Positions 40,610 to 55,118 of a stretch of 64,000 nt of DNA are shown here, piece by piece (the first letter of the stretch is position 1; each line of letters starts with the position of its first letter). This DNA comes from Eledone cirrhosa (lineage: Eukaryota): contig OZ024751.1 in the NCBI GenBank assembly GCA_964016885.1, forward strand, positions 28,644,001 to 28,708,000, read 5' to 3'. A model generated the notes under the pieces. The model had not been told where the DNA came from. It did no database searches and worked only from the letters and a program-made list of their open reading frames with translations. The position numbers and the translations under genes are program-made.

Positions 40610-41222
40610 ATACTACTACTATTACTACTACTACTACTACTACTACTACTAAGAACAATAAGTTAATAATAAGAGTTGCAAAGTTGTTCTTGTGTGATGT
40701 TGATGTTGTTGTGTGGGATGTTGTTGTTCTTGTTGATGCTGTTGTGTGATGTTATCATTTTAAAATGATTAATTAGCAAAGTTGGTTTTATTTAGAGATC
40801 TGTGAAAATGTTGGGAAGCCTTTGCAAGATAAAACCTAGTTACAACACACACATACACACTAGCACGTACACATAAACACATACATACATTCTAGCACAT
40901 ACATAGGCACACACTTTCTCACATACACTTACACATATACATACACTCAGTCACAAGCACACTTGCACATAGACTCTCTCAAATATATATATACATATAC
41001 ATAATCACACACGTTTGCACGTACACTTACACACATACTCGTCCACGTATACATATACATACACACAAGCATTCTCTTATATACATATGTACTCACTCAC
41101 ATACGCATACATATAAATTATCTCTCTCACACACACACACAAATGTGCACACATATAGACAAACAATCTCTTTCTCACACACACATATTCTCTCTCTATC
41201 TCAATCTCTCTCTGTCAGTCTC

Positions 41223-41255
<33 letters not shown>

Positions 41256-43155
41256 GTCAGTCTGTCTGTCTCCATTTCTAATATTTTGAATAAATTTAAA
41301 CAAATGTTTTTTTTTCATGCAAACATTTTCAAAAGCAACCAAAACTTGGAACAGAACAAAGACACCAGAAGTTTATAATGTATGGAAGGGAGAATCTCTT
41401 TCTTGTCCAAAGACTCTGGATTCCAAATTCCAAGAATTATATTAGAAAGAAAGAAAGAAAGAAAGAAAGGAAGGAAGTGACACAAACAAAAACAAAAGAA
41501 GCAAAAAAAAAAGAACTTTCAGTTTATTACAGATAGTAGAAAGAAAAAAAAAAGAATGAAAGAGAGGAAGAAAGAAGAGAAGAAAGAAAGCAGATAAAGA
41601 AGGAAGGAGAGAAAGCATATTAATCAAATATGCTTGGTTTTTGGGGAGGAAGAGTGTGGATGGAGGGTGGGGAGGGCTTTTTGGTGTTGGTGTTTTTGAG
41701 GGGATTTTTTTTTTTGGTATAGTTCCTTTCTTTTGCAGCAATACCATTTTAATACTTATTTTTTTTTTTTTACAAATAAATGAATAAAAATCAAATATAT
41801 ATATATAAATATATATACATATATATATATGTATATATATATTCTCAATCTGCAACCAACTATCCCAAACTATAGACGGACATCGGACATCATGGCACCA
41901 AAAACTTGCTGATCAAACAAAGTTCCTTTATAATATATTCACAATTTAGGATACAATATATGAAATAAAAATTTAAAAAATCAAAAAAAAACAAAACAAT
42001 CAATAGACAAAGAAAGAAGAAAGAAAGAACGAAGTAAGGGAAGGAAGGAAGTCTTGGTATTAGATTAAAAGTCATTGATCAGAAAAGATACTACATACAT
42101 ACCAACACAATAAAGTATTAACTATGTTAAAACCACTTCATTAGTCTCAACTATTTCATTTTGGGGTCTTTTTTTTTCATTCTACATACATACATATATA
42201 TATGCAAATATATATATACACATATATATATGCAAATATATACATACATATGCAAATATATACACACACACACCCACAGATATATGCACACACACACCCA
42301 CAGATATATGCATATATATATAAATATATTTGATTGTGTTGCATCAAGTGTGTGGAGCAGTTTTAGTTTAGTTATTTAGGTATGGTGGTTATGGCCGGTT
42401 AAAAAAAAGAGATCAGATTGAAGAAGCCCTATCCTCTCCCTATCCCCACCCCACCTCCCTTTATCGAAATAAGTTGAAAAATATCAAATTAGATATTTGT
42501 AAGAGAAGAAGGTACAAATAATATAATATATATAAATGAAACAAATAGCAAATTTTTCGTTTTGTTTATTTTTTTTTTGTTTGTTTTTTATTTTATTTGT
42601 CTGTTTGCTTTCTTTTCTTTTTGTTGTTTCAACCCTTCAGAGTAGTTATATATTACAAAGCTAATAAATCTATAAATTTTAATTTTCAGACATGTATGTA
42701 TAATCATATTACCAAACAAACTTTTCTATACATTAGCGGCTCTAGAATAATAGGAAGAAGTGTGATGTGTAGAAAGTAGAGAGCTCATTTGATGTGAAGG
42801 GGCCATAGTATTGATTTCTTACATAAGCATAGGAATAACTACCATCACTACCATTATCATCTACCACCACCATCATCAGTATCAACATTACCACCACCAT
42901 CATCATCAACAACAGCACTAACCACGTCATCATTATCAACAACACCAGCACCACCATCACCAACAACAACACCAGCATCACCACCATCACCAACAACAAC
43001 ACCAGCACCACCACCATCACCAACAACAACACCAGCACCACCACCATCCCCAACAACAACACCATCACCAACAACAACACAAGCCTACACCATCATCATC
43101 ATCATTATTATCAACATTACCATCATATTTATCATTATCATTATCAACATGTGAA

Positions 43156-43358
43156 CAGCAAAAGGTCTTCAGAGAAGAAACCCCTCAGTCAATGCAAGTG
43201 TTTCGGCCCTTAATTTCTAATCAAAGTTGATGTCTGCAGGATTAAGAAACTCTCAGGAGAGCTGGACAGTAAAAGGTCTTCAGAGAAGAAACCACCAACG
43301 ATCCCCTCATGCAAGTATTTCGGTCCTTAACTTCTTACAAAATTTGATCTCTGTAAGG
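43156..43358. repeat. Diverged ~110-bp tandem duplication
   Basis: ACAG(C/T)AAAAGGTCTTCAGAGAAGAAACC...ATGCAAGT(G/A)TTTCGG occurs twice. Confidence 0.85.
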
Positions 43359-43564
43359 GGCTGAAATAAACATTGGAAAGCATTTTGACCAACGTTTTAA
43401 GGATTCTGCAATAATAATAATAATAATTGTTTCTACTTTAGGCACAAGGCCAGCAATTACCCAGTGCATTACTAGTACTTTATTTTATTGACCCCGTAAG
43501 GATGAAAGGCAAAGTTAGCCTCGAATAATAATAAGAAGATTAAAATCTTTAAGAAAGTTAAAAT

Positions 43565-43815
43565 CTATTCTAAGTCAAAGGCTCATCAGGTCGGTCCTTA
43601 TCTCTGATTTCCTTAGCAGAAGAAGACTGAGAGTACAAGACTCTCCATAAACAAGAAGCCGGTCTATTACAGGTTTAACTCCTCAGCCTCTGTTGGTACT
43701 CACTCATCTGAGCTGAGTGTACTGGAATGACATGAAATAAAGTGTTTTGCTGAGGAACACAACACAGGAATGGAACCAATGATATTATAATTCTACGTCA
43801 AGCATCTTCACCATT
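43565..43815 (-). mobile_element. OR-like SINE, degenerate
   Basis: GACTGAGAGTACAAGACT...GAAATAAAGTGTTTTGCTGAGGAACACAAC matches the other copies. Confidence 0.75.
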
Positions 43816-44349
43816 ATTGGAACTCAGAGCAAAAGAGACTCAGAACAAATATTGCGACATTTAATCGGACGCTCTAACGACTTTGCCAATTTGCTGCCTT
43901 ATATAAGAATAAAATCCTAAAATAGGCTTTAATAACCAATTCTGTTGAGAAGTGATATGAGGAAATAATTATGAGTGTGTTTCAACAAGTTAAGAATTAA
44001 TATATCTGATAACACAGAAACCTACAAAGTGGAACAATATTGCTAAGATTATCAATATTGGTGAAGAGCCAGATATTATTTATTTATTTATTTATTAAAC
44101 AAAGAAACTGATGCATAATTAGGATTCCAATCTGAGAGGTTTCAAATTACCAAGTCATACAACTTGTGTGTATCGCCATCACCATCATCATCATCATCAT
44201 CATTTTCTGTCGCCTTTCTATGTTGGCATGGGATAGACTTATTGTCATGGTCTCTGACAAAATGCGTCACAGAATCATATTTTGTTCCTACATTCCATAC
44301 TTGGGAATTGTTTCTAATGCTGGATGTCCTTCCTAATTCAAATCACATT

Positions 44350-44585
44350 ACAGTATGTACCCAGTGCATTTTATGGTGGCACCAGCACTACCAGTTTGCA
44401 GCATGTATGAAGTGCATTTTATGGTGGCACCAGCACTACCACTTTGTGGCATCTACCAAGTGCAATTTATCGTAGCACCAACACTACCACTTTGAGGTAT
44501 GTACCCAGTGCATTTTATTGTGGCACCAGCACTACCAGTTTACAGCATGTATGAAGTGCATTTTATTGTGGCACCAGCACTATCA
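44350..44585. repeat. ~46-bp SINE-derived minisatellite, 5 copies
   Basis: AGTGCATTTTAT(G/T)GTGGCACCAGCACTACCA. Confidence 0.9.
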
Positions 44586-45728
44586 CGATGAGGATTATTA
44601 TTATGTTGATGATGGGGAGTAGGAAGGGAGGGCATGAACCATCAATTAAAATCGGGCCCCCAATACTTGACGGGTTCTTAACGTAGTTTATAGAAATGAA
44701 AAACAAAGTCGACCTAGTATGGATTTAAACTCAGAACATAAAGAATGATGACTAAATATAATATAGCATAAGGTATTTTTTAAAGAATTTGATTGCTGCC
44801 CTAACGACTCCATCATCCATATTCCTCCAATAACAACAACAATCTAGTATAAATATATATATTTATATGTGTGTGTGTGTGTGTACGCCAATACTCATCT
44901 TTTTCCATTTCTTAGAGGGTTCTAAACCCCGTTATCAGGCTAAAATTTCTTTAGTAAAAAATACGGCGAAATCTTCGTTAACAACAGGGCCGCAATAAAA
45001 CACATTAGAAGCAAATGAAAATATCTCGTCCGATTTACCGAATTCATATTGAATGGTTCTATGCATATATAGACAGCAGACACATGAGCTGACTAGAGGG
45101 GTCGAACTTTAACTCTAAACATAGCTCCAACCTCTCAACAGAAATGATTCCTAAACCTAACATGTCCTGTGAATATACGCAATGAATCCGGTGAATCGGA
45201 CGAAATATTTTTGTTTTTCAAAGGAGACCTATTGTTAATGGTACTTAACAAAGGATTGTTATTATTGTTATATATTTTAATATGAATAGAATAGAAATAA
45301 AAGAAAATATAGAAATATATTATTTTAATTAAAAAAATGTTGCTAATCAACGAGAATAATTATCGGTATTGTTAATTTTTTTTTTTAATATTTAATCAGG
45401 CCACAAATACATAATTTGAATTACGCCGAGAAAATATTTCAAATATTTCGTCTTTCATATTAGAGTTACTTCCCTTACTTTCCAGTTCGATCAATGGCAA
45501 AGAAGACATACATACACGCACGTATTGGTAAATAAATATATATACGAACACACGTTTCTCTTTATCAATATATACATACACGTGTGTGTATACACATATA
45601 TATATTTGGTGTGAGTGTGTTTATATATTATATAGTCTATTTGTTTATATTATTATATTCACTTCATGTACAAAGCTTCACTCAGGTATTTTCACCTCAA
45701 CGCTTTGTTGACACCCCTCTCTCTCTCT

Positions 45729-45768
<40 letters not shown>

Positions 45769-45938
45769 GCACGCACAGATACATACACGCATGCATATGC
45801 ATAAGTGAGGTGTTGTATGTGTTGGAGATATTTTCTGAAGCAAATAAAGGTAGGATTTGGTGTTATTCTATGTAGTAATCCTAATCCAGCCCAGCATCAT
45901 TTCTACAGAGAAGTGCGATGATGTGAGACACACACGCA

Positions 45939-46044
<106 letters not shown>

Positions 46045-46324
46045 AATCTAGATACCTGTGTGTGTACGTATTTGATAGAACCCTATAGTTACTTCTTACT
46101 TGTTAAATATATATATATACACGCACACACATATATCCACAGCTTTTGTTGTTGTTTGTTCTTTATCTAAAGCGAATCAAAACAAAAGCTGACTGGCAAC
46201 AACGCTAATGCTGTTATAATGCAAGCTCTGACAGAAGACCATTTTATGTGAGTTACGTGTAACATATATACTAGCAGGGTCAGTAAATAATGCTAGCTAG
46301 ATAGAGCTTGTAGATGTGTCAGCG

Positions 46325-46378
<54 letters not shown>

Positions 46379-46532
46379 GGAGAGAGGGGGTGAGATGGGA
46401 AGAGAATGGTGTATATTTATGTGCATGTAAATGTTCGTGTGTGTGAATATATTCACGTACACCTATGTATATTTATACCTACATATAATGCATATATATT
46501 ACGGATATATATATATATATATATATATACAC

Positions 46533-46670
46533 AACGAAGGAATAGTGGTAAGGAACCAGATCGACCATAACGCGCCAGAGTACTCAATACTTAGGGTAGT
46601 AGAGTGGGTAATAGGAAAAGGTATGACCCGTCGAAACGGCTTGAGCTCTGCCGTCGGGGTCATACCTTTT

Positions 46671-46675
<5 letters not shown>
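46533..46675. mobile_element. Second PLE-like family terminus with fold-back and half hammerhead
   Basis: GTACTCAATAC leader, then a 19-bp perfect inverted repeat (46611-46629 / 46657-46675) enclosing GAAAC GGC ttgagctct GCC GTC. Confidence 0.55.
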
Positions 46676-46713
<38 letters not shown>

Positions 46714-47501
46714 ACAGTTACATAATATCAATGTGTATATATGCGTTTGAGCACATATATGTAGCAAGGAAATGTGGAGAGGTTTAAAGAATACGGTACC
46801 TAAAATATTGAATGAGAATATTTGTAAAAGAATGTGTAACCACACACACACACTGACTAACACATACAGGTACACACATAGGCACTCAGACCACCACACA
46901 TGCTGGTACACACACAGGCAAGCAGACAGACACCCTAGCACACTCACACACACTAGCACACAGACACACACAGGAACCCAGACACATAGACAGAGGCACC
47001 CAGACAATCACACACATACACGCAGAGTGAAGCACCCAGACAACCACACACATACACACAGGCATCCAGATACACACACACACAGTGGATAACAGACATA
47101 CAGAGATACACACACACACACACACACACACAGAATTATACACGCACAAGCACACACAGGTGCTACAGCTGACTGAGTGAACAAAATGTCAATCAATTTG
47201 CCTAAGGATCAATCATGCGTATCAATAGAAGACATATTGAACTGCTGCACTGGATTTTGGCAAGAATATGTAACCCCCCCTCTTACCATCGCCACCGCCG
47301 CCTCTACCACCATCACCACCACCACCATGTTTGTGCTCTACGTCTCAGTTCACGTAGCTGTTACTAGGTACCAACTTAGGGGTCAGTCAGTTCATTGTTT
47401 TAAGCAGTGGACCACCAGATCGATGTATCTATCGGCTGAACAGCCATTTATTTCATAGACCAACACTGCTGCCATGTATTTATGTATATATATATATATA
47501 T

Positions 47502-47546
47502 TGATGATTTCTCACGAATGAAACAGTTCTAGTCCTGTAGAAGCTC

Positions 47547-47552
<6 letters not shown>
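47502..47552 (+). mobile_element. Truncated hammerhead/PLE terminus in (TA)n
   Basis: TGATGATTTCTCACGAATGAAACAGTTCTAGTCCTGTAGAAGCTCTTCTATA, identical to the 19.3-kb copy but lacking the 5' strand of stem I. Confidence 0.7.
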
Positions 47553-47634
<82 letters not shown>

Positions 47635-48025
47635 ATATGAACGTTTATATATGTGTGTGTATATGTATATATGTATGTTATGTGTATATATGTATGTTGT
47701 GTGTATATATGTATGGTTATATGTATGTGTGTGTGTATAAATGTATGTATGTATGTTGTGAGTATATATATATATGTATATATGAACTTTTATATGTATA
47801 TATGTGTGTGTGTATAAATGTATATATGTATGTGTGTGTGATACCCTTGAACCCCCCTCCTTCATTGCTATATAGGATGGAAGGGATCTCTGTCGTTATG
47901 ATGATGATGGTGGTGGTGGTGGTGGTAGTGGTTATGATGACGATAGGGTGTTGATGGGGATGATGGATGGGGCGAGGGGGACAGTTTTCTGTAGACAGAG
48001 ATATTGAGAGAGAGAGAAATATATT

Positions 48026-48089
<64 letters not shown>

Positions 48090-48554
48090 TATATATATAT
48101 TTATATATATATACATATATATATATTTACATATATATACATATATATATATACATATATATATTTACATATATATACATATATATATACATATATATAC
48201 ATATATACATATATATACATATATATATATACATATATACATATATATACATATATATATATACATATATATATATACATATATATATATACATATATAT
48301 ATATACATATATATATATACATATATATACATATATATATACATATATATATACATATATATATATATACACATATATATATACATATATATACATATAT
48401 ATATATAAATACCTATACATATATATATATATACATATATATATACATATACATATATATATACATATACATATATATACATATACATATATATATATAT
48501 ATACATATATATACATATATATACATATATATATACATATATATATACATATAC

Positions 48555-48609
<55 letters not shown>

Positions 48610-48632
48610 CATATATACATATATATATATAC

Positions 48633-48719
<87 letters not shown>

Positions 48720-49458
48720 AATATATTGAGAGACAGAGAGAGAGAAATATTCAGAGAGAGAACTATATTGAGAGACAGACAGATAGATAGATAGAGAGGG
48801 AGAGATAGAAAGAAAGAGAGCCGAAAGGGTGACTCATTTAATTCAGCAGAAAAGAATGAAGAAGGGAAGAAGGAACAGGGAAGGAGTTGAACATATAATG
48901 CAGTATAGAAGGAATCTATGTCCTGGTCTGTTCATTGCTGCTGCTGCTGCTGCTGCTGCTGATACTACTAGCAGTGGCAGTGGTGGTGGTGGTGGTGGTG
49001 GTGGTGGTGCAGCATTTCTGGAGTAAGGAAAGGATAAACAAACCTTGGAAGAATAAAGCAGGAAGCACAATTGAAAGAGAAAGATGGAGATTGATGAAGA
49101 AGGGAATGAAAACACTGAAAGAATTACATACATATATATATATATATATATATGTGTGTGTATATATATATATACATACATGCATATATATATATTTATA
49201 TATGCACACAAATATATATATGTGTGTATATATATGTATATATATGTGTGTCTGTGTGTGTAAGATGTTACTGTTTGAGAGAAGTAGGACCATGATTCAA
49301 CTTAGTACTCGATACTTTAAAGACAGTGGTATAGATACTATTTAAAGGGCCTACATGTCTTTAAATAATATACATATATACATGTATAAATACATGCACA
49401 CATGTATATATATGTGCCCCAGCATGGCCTCAGCCAGTTGGTTGGAAGAGGAAAAAGA

Positions 49459-49538
<80 letters not shown>

Positions 49539-49879
49539 GAACCCCAGAAAGAAAGGAAGAATGGAGGATATTCCATTCCCAGAAAATTGCAAGGGTCCTC
49601 CCTAGCTCCCACTTTTCAGCCCCCAGTTCCCAGTTTCCTAAACATCATCTCTCTCTCTCTATCTATCTATCTATCTACCTATCTACCTGTCTATCTATCT
49701 ATCTATCTATCTACCTGTCTATCTATCTACCTGTCTATCTATCTACCTGTCTATCTATCTATCTATCTATCTACCTGTCTATCTATCTACCTGTCTATCT
49801 ATCTACCTGTCTATCTATCTACCTGTCTATCTATCTACCTGTCTATCTATCTACCTGTCTATCTATCTATCTATCTATC

Positions 49880-50550
49880 TATCGAGGAGCTCTATTAGTT
49901 CGAGACAAGATCTACAGGCACAGACACCCCGGCAGAGATACTTCCAAGAGGACGTGTCCAAGATGCGAGCAGGACATTGAAACCGTCTTGCATGCAATTG
50001 TACACTGCCCAGGCGTAACCGACCTGTGGAGCTAACCAGAACAACTGCTGTCACGTATGGGACAAATCCAGTTGACTGCCGAGTCCATAGTAAGGATCAA
50101 ACCACCAACTTCTTTCAAAAATGAAAGAGAGGCGGTTTTCCTCTGTACAGTGGCTATGGTGAAAGAGATTATATGGTGGACGAGATTGAGAGGACTGAGG
50201 ACAGATGCCTTTCTCTCCGAACAACAACTCATTCCCTTCTTTAGGTACCTCTTTAGAAGGAAAATCAGAGTGGAGAGAGAGGCACTGCACCCCAGTAAAT
50301 TTACTGAAAGGTGGGTGAATGTAGCAAAAATGGCCCGAGTGATTGGGGAGAGCAAAAGGAGCACTTGCACAACACGCTCCTGAAGTTGAGGGTTGTTCTA
50401 TCGACGGGGTATTAAACAACCCATTTGTGGCGCCTCCCCCCTATTGGGGATTTCGATTGTTATAATTGTTTGTTTCAGTATTTTAACACGACTGTATGTA
50501 AAATCTTTGTATTGTCCCTTTTCTTGTGCGCCTTTGTGGCAAATAAAGAA
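49880..50550 (+). mobile_element. 5'-truncated L1/Tx1-type LINE: ORF2 C-terminus (zf-RVT-like) plus 3'UTR
   Basis: [10 protein letters not shown]...[18 protein letters not shown] (CxxC-H-C), one in-frame stop, then KEIIWWTR...FTERW. AATAAA at 50542 is followed by (ATCT)n. Confidence 0.85.
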
Positions 50551-50815
50551 ATCTATCTATCTATATATATACATAATATAATACGAAACATCAGTGATGC
50601 ATCTGAACTCAATTTATTGTGTGTTACAATTGTTTCGCTGGCAGACAGCTCGAGACGCGATCATTGTGTGGATCTGTCTGATTCTGGATCTGCAGGTTCG
50701 ATGGACACTTCCAATGACTTCGGATCAAATTTTCTCAAATTATATCACACTCTGCTCTGTAAGAACATAGAGTGCTCAACCGACATACCGCCTATGGAAG
50801 CATCTTAGCTATCAT

Positions 50816-50852
<37 letters not shown>

Positions 50853-51560
50853 CCATGGCAGCCTGTTTATATAATAACATCAACTTAAAACTGAACTCCG
50901 CTAATGAAGAACTAAATGTGGAATTTGAGTGTGTATACCAAAGGACCGCTATTAACAACAACAACAACAGCAGCAGCATCAGTACCAATGCCACCAGCAT
51001 TGTGTGTAGAAGTGGTGGTAGTGTTGACACCATCATCATCATCATCATCATCATCATGGATAGTGGTAGTGGTAGTGGTAGTGGTGGTGATGGTAATAGT
51101 AGCATCAGCAACAATTACAATACAACTTGCAGCACCATCACCACCCACATTACAAACAGCAGCACCACCACCACCAGCATCACCACCAGCAGCAACACAA
51201 CCAGCAGCAGCACCACCAGCAGTAACATCACCACCAGCAGTAACATCACCACCACCAGCAGCACACCACCAGCATCATGAATAGCTGTAGTAGTAGTAGT
51301 AATGTGGTGGTGGAGGTGGTGGTGATGGTAACAGTACCATCAGCAGCAGCAACGATCACAATATAACTTGCAGCACCCACAGCACCAGCAGCACCACCAC
51401 AGCAGCACCACCATCATCGGCAGCAGGCAGCACTGCACCGTTGGAATTCCAATGTGTGGCAATAAGCAAATAATGAAGAGTGTCAGGAAATAGTAGTAGT
51501 TTCTTTAAATAGCACACTGGGACTCACACACGTGTACCTGTGTCTATATATATATATATA

Positions 51561-51594
<34 letters not shown>

Positions 51595-51676
51595 TGTATA
51601 TATATATATCCGTCTAACCCATGCTAGCGTGGAAGAACGGACGTAAAACGATGATGATGATGATGTGTGTGTGTGT

Positions 51677-51714
<38 letters not shown>

Positions 51715-51986
51715 CTGTGCGTTTCTGTGTATATATATATATATATATGAGTATATGTGTGTTTCTGTGTACATATGTGTATATATATGTGTGCCTGTGT
51801 GTGTGTTTATATATATATATATGTGTGTGTGTGTGTATATGTGTGTGTTTATACACATACATATGCATATATATATAATCAGGAGTGTATGTCAGCCTGA
51901 ATCAAGACCAAGCACATAGCTTAGATTTAGCTAGAGTGAGCTAGCTAGATAGATAGACAGACAAAGTGACAGCTAGACCAATAGAT

Positions 51987-52036
<50 letters not shown>

Positions 52037-52039
52037 GTT

Positions 52040-52150
52040 ATTCCGGGTTGAGTCGGAGGTAACCACAGTAAGTAAGGTACTCAATACATTGCAGAGTATA
52101 AAAGTTTTAATATAGATGAGATTCTACAGAACTAGAACTGTTTCATTCTT
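52040..52150 (-). mobile_element. PLE terminus (3' half of hammerhead on -)
   Basis: GGTAACCACAGTAAGTAAGGTACTCAATAC...TTTTAATATAGATGAGATTCTACAGAACTAGAACTGTTTCATTC. Confidence 0.65.
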
Positions 52151-52864
52151 TAGATGCGAGCAAGACAATCACTCTTGCCTCAAGTGGGAAAACCCCCGTC
52201 CAAACCCATGCAAGCGTGGAACACGGACGTTAAACGTTGATGATGATGATGATGATGATATATATAGATAGATAGATAGATAGATAAATAGATAGATGGA
52301 TTAATAGATAGATCTATATACATATAGATGATAGATTGATAGGCAAATCAATAGATAGATAGATATAGAGAGAGATCTATCATATATATATATATATATA
52401 CATATACATAGATGATAGACAGGCAAACCAATAGATATACAGATCTATATATATATTTCAAAGGTACAGTGTTGTTTTTTCAGTACGTCCTCATCAGACA
52501 AAATTAGATCTATATATAGATGATAGATAGATAGGTGGACCAATAGATAGATTTGATCTATCTATCATATATATATATAGAGAGAGACAGATAGGTAGAT
52601 AGATAGATAGATAGATAGATAGATGATAAATAAATAGATAGATTGGTAGACAGGGACATAGATAAAGACAGACAGATAGATAACCAGAAACTGAAGAAAT
52701 ATCTAATATATTTTATTAGTACCATGTTAACAAAATAACAAAAAAAAACAAAAAAACAACAATTTGGACTAATAAGAATGAAAGAAAGAATTACAAAAAC
52801 AAAACACACAACAAACACAACAGCAATAATAGCAACAATACCTGAGAGACATCAACAACATCAA

Positions 52865-52915
<51 letters not shown>

Positions 52916-53358
52916 AACAAACAACAACACAACACAATGGTGTTATATGTAAAATATAAATCTGGAATCACTGGGATATGGGGGTTTGGAATGGGTGTGT
53001 GGGGGTGAAGGGTGGGGTGGCTAATGCCGTTAGCAGGGGTGGGGGTGAGGTAAGGTGGGGGTCATGTTGCTGGGGTGGGACCACCACCTCTCCTGCTCTT
53101 CCTTCAAAATGAGATATGATGACCATAGAGGAATATATGCAACAGTTACATAGACAAACACAGACAAATGATATATATATATATATATTTAAATATACAT
53201 GTATACATATTACCATACATGTGTATATATTTATATATATTTAAATATACATGTATACATATTACCATACATGTGTATATATTTATATATATATTTATAT
53301 TTAAATATACATGTATACATATTACCATACATGTGTATATATATATATATATATATAT

Positions 53359-53643
53359 AAAGTCTAAAGTCTGTCTTAAGCCAGAAAGCTCATTTGGCCG
53401 GTGCTTATCCCGGTTTCATGGCATGAAGCGACTGAGAGTACAAGACTTCCCCCCTGGACAGGACGCCAGTCCATCGCAGGGTTAAACCCCCAGCTATTGC
53501 TGATACTCATTTTCAGCTGAGTATACTGGAGCAACGTGAAATGAAGTGTTTTGCTCAAGAACACAACACGCAGCCCCGGAATCGAACCCACGACATTATG
53601 ATCGTAAGTCCAACACCCTTACCACTAGGCCATGTGCCTCCAC
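53359..53643 (-). mobile_element. tRNA(Arg)-derived CORE-type SINE (Octopus OR-like), best-preserved copy
   Basis: Minus strand: A-box TGGCCTAGTGG, anticodon loop TTACGAT, B-box GGTTCGATTCC, CORE-like TTGAGCAAAACACTTCATTTCAC, GCGATGGACTGGCGTCCTGTCCAGGG, tail (AGACTTT)2. Confidence 0.88.
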
Positions 53644-53795
53644 TCACATATATATATATATATGTATGTATATATGTATATATACATAATTATGTATGTT
53701 TATATATATTATATATATATATGTACATAATTATGTATGTATGTATATATATATATATGTATATATATACATAATTATGTATGTTTATATATATT

Positions 53796-53828
<33 letters not shown>

Positions 53829-54152
53829 GTATATATATATGTGTATGTATATATATATACATAATTATGTATGTATATATAATTATGTATGTATATATAA
53901 ATATACATAATTATGTATGTATATCTAGATATATATTATTATGTATGTATATATATATATATATATATATACATAATTATGTATGTTTATATATATATAT
54001 ATATATATATACATAATTATGTATGTTTATATATATTTATATATATACATAATTATGTATGTTTATATATATTTATATATATACATAATTATGTATGTTT
54101 ATATATATTTATATATATATATATATATACACACACTCCAGTATATATATAT

Positions 54153-54195
<43 letters not shown>

Positions 54196-54204
54196 CACAC
54201 TCCA

Positions 54205-54236
<32 letters not shown>

Positions 54237-55118
54237 ATATACACACACTCCAGTATATATATATGTATATATGTATATATACACAGTGTCAGTTAAACTG
54301 ACATTATCAGGATGAAAATCAAAAGAAGGAGAAAGAACAACAAAAAACAAACAAAAACAAACAAAAAAGTATGTCAGGTTAAAATAAATAAATATATACA
54401 TAAAACAATATACAACCCACCCCCACCACCACCCCCACGTCAAAACACCCCGTCCCCACCAAAAATCAATATGTTAAATATCAATTGTAAATGTTGGCAA
54501 TGTCACTACTGGTATATAAGAAGGAGAGGTGGCTGTGGTTGGATTGACTGTCAGGTAGACAGACAGACGTGTGTGTGTGTATATATATATGTGTGTGTAT
54601 GTGTATATATATATATATGTATGTATGTGCACGTATGTATGTGTAGGTGTGTTTGTGTGTAAGTATATACATATGTATGTGTGTGTATATGTATGTGTGT
54701 GTTTATGTATATGTGTGTATACGTGGCAGTGTGTGTGTGTGTGTGTATATATATCTCAGTATGTGTATATGTGTAGGTATGTATGTGCATTTATTTATAA
54801 TATGCAAGCATGTTAGTGTGTGTGTATATGTATGTCTATACATGTGTGTATATACATATCAGTTTGTATGTATATAAATGTGTGTATATATATACATGTC
54901 AGTATGTATGTGTGTAATCAATATATTTGCTAACAAGCTAGATGATGATAGACTAGACATTTCTTTAATTACATCAGTAGACAGCAACTTGTGGTTACTG
55001 TGTGTGTTGTTTACATACACACACACACTCACATATATACACACAGCAACTTGTGGTTACTGTGTGTGTTGTTTACATACAACTATTTATGGGGACATAC
55101 ACACACATATATATATAT

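Noticed and set aside
50580-50810. Coding-looking unique segment after the Tx1 piece
   Set aside because: Stops in all three minus frames, and the open plus frame has no recognisable motif; left unassigned.
53560-53640. tRNA-Arg(ACG)-like gene
   Set aside because: SINE head: no proper acceptor stem, and it continues into the SINE body.
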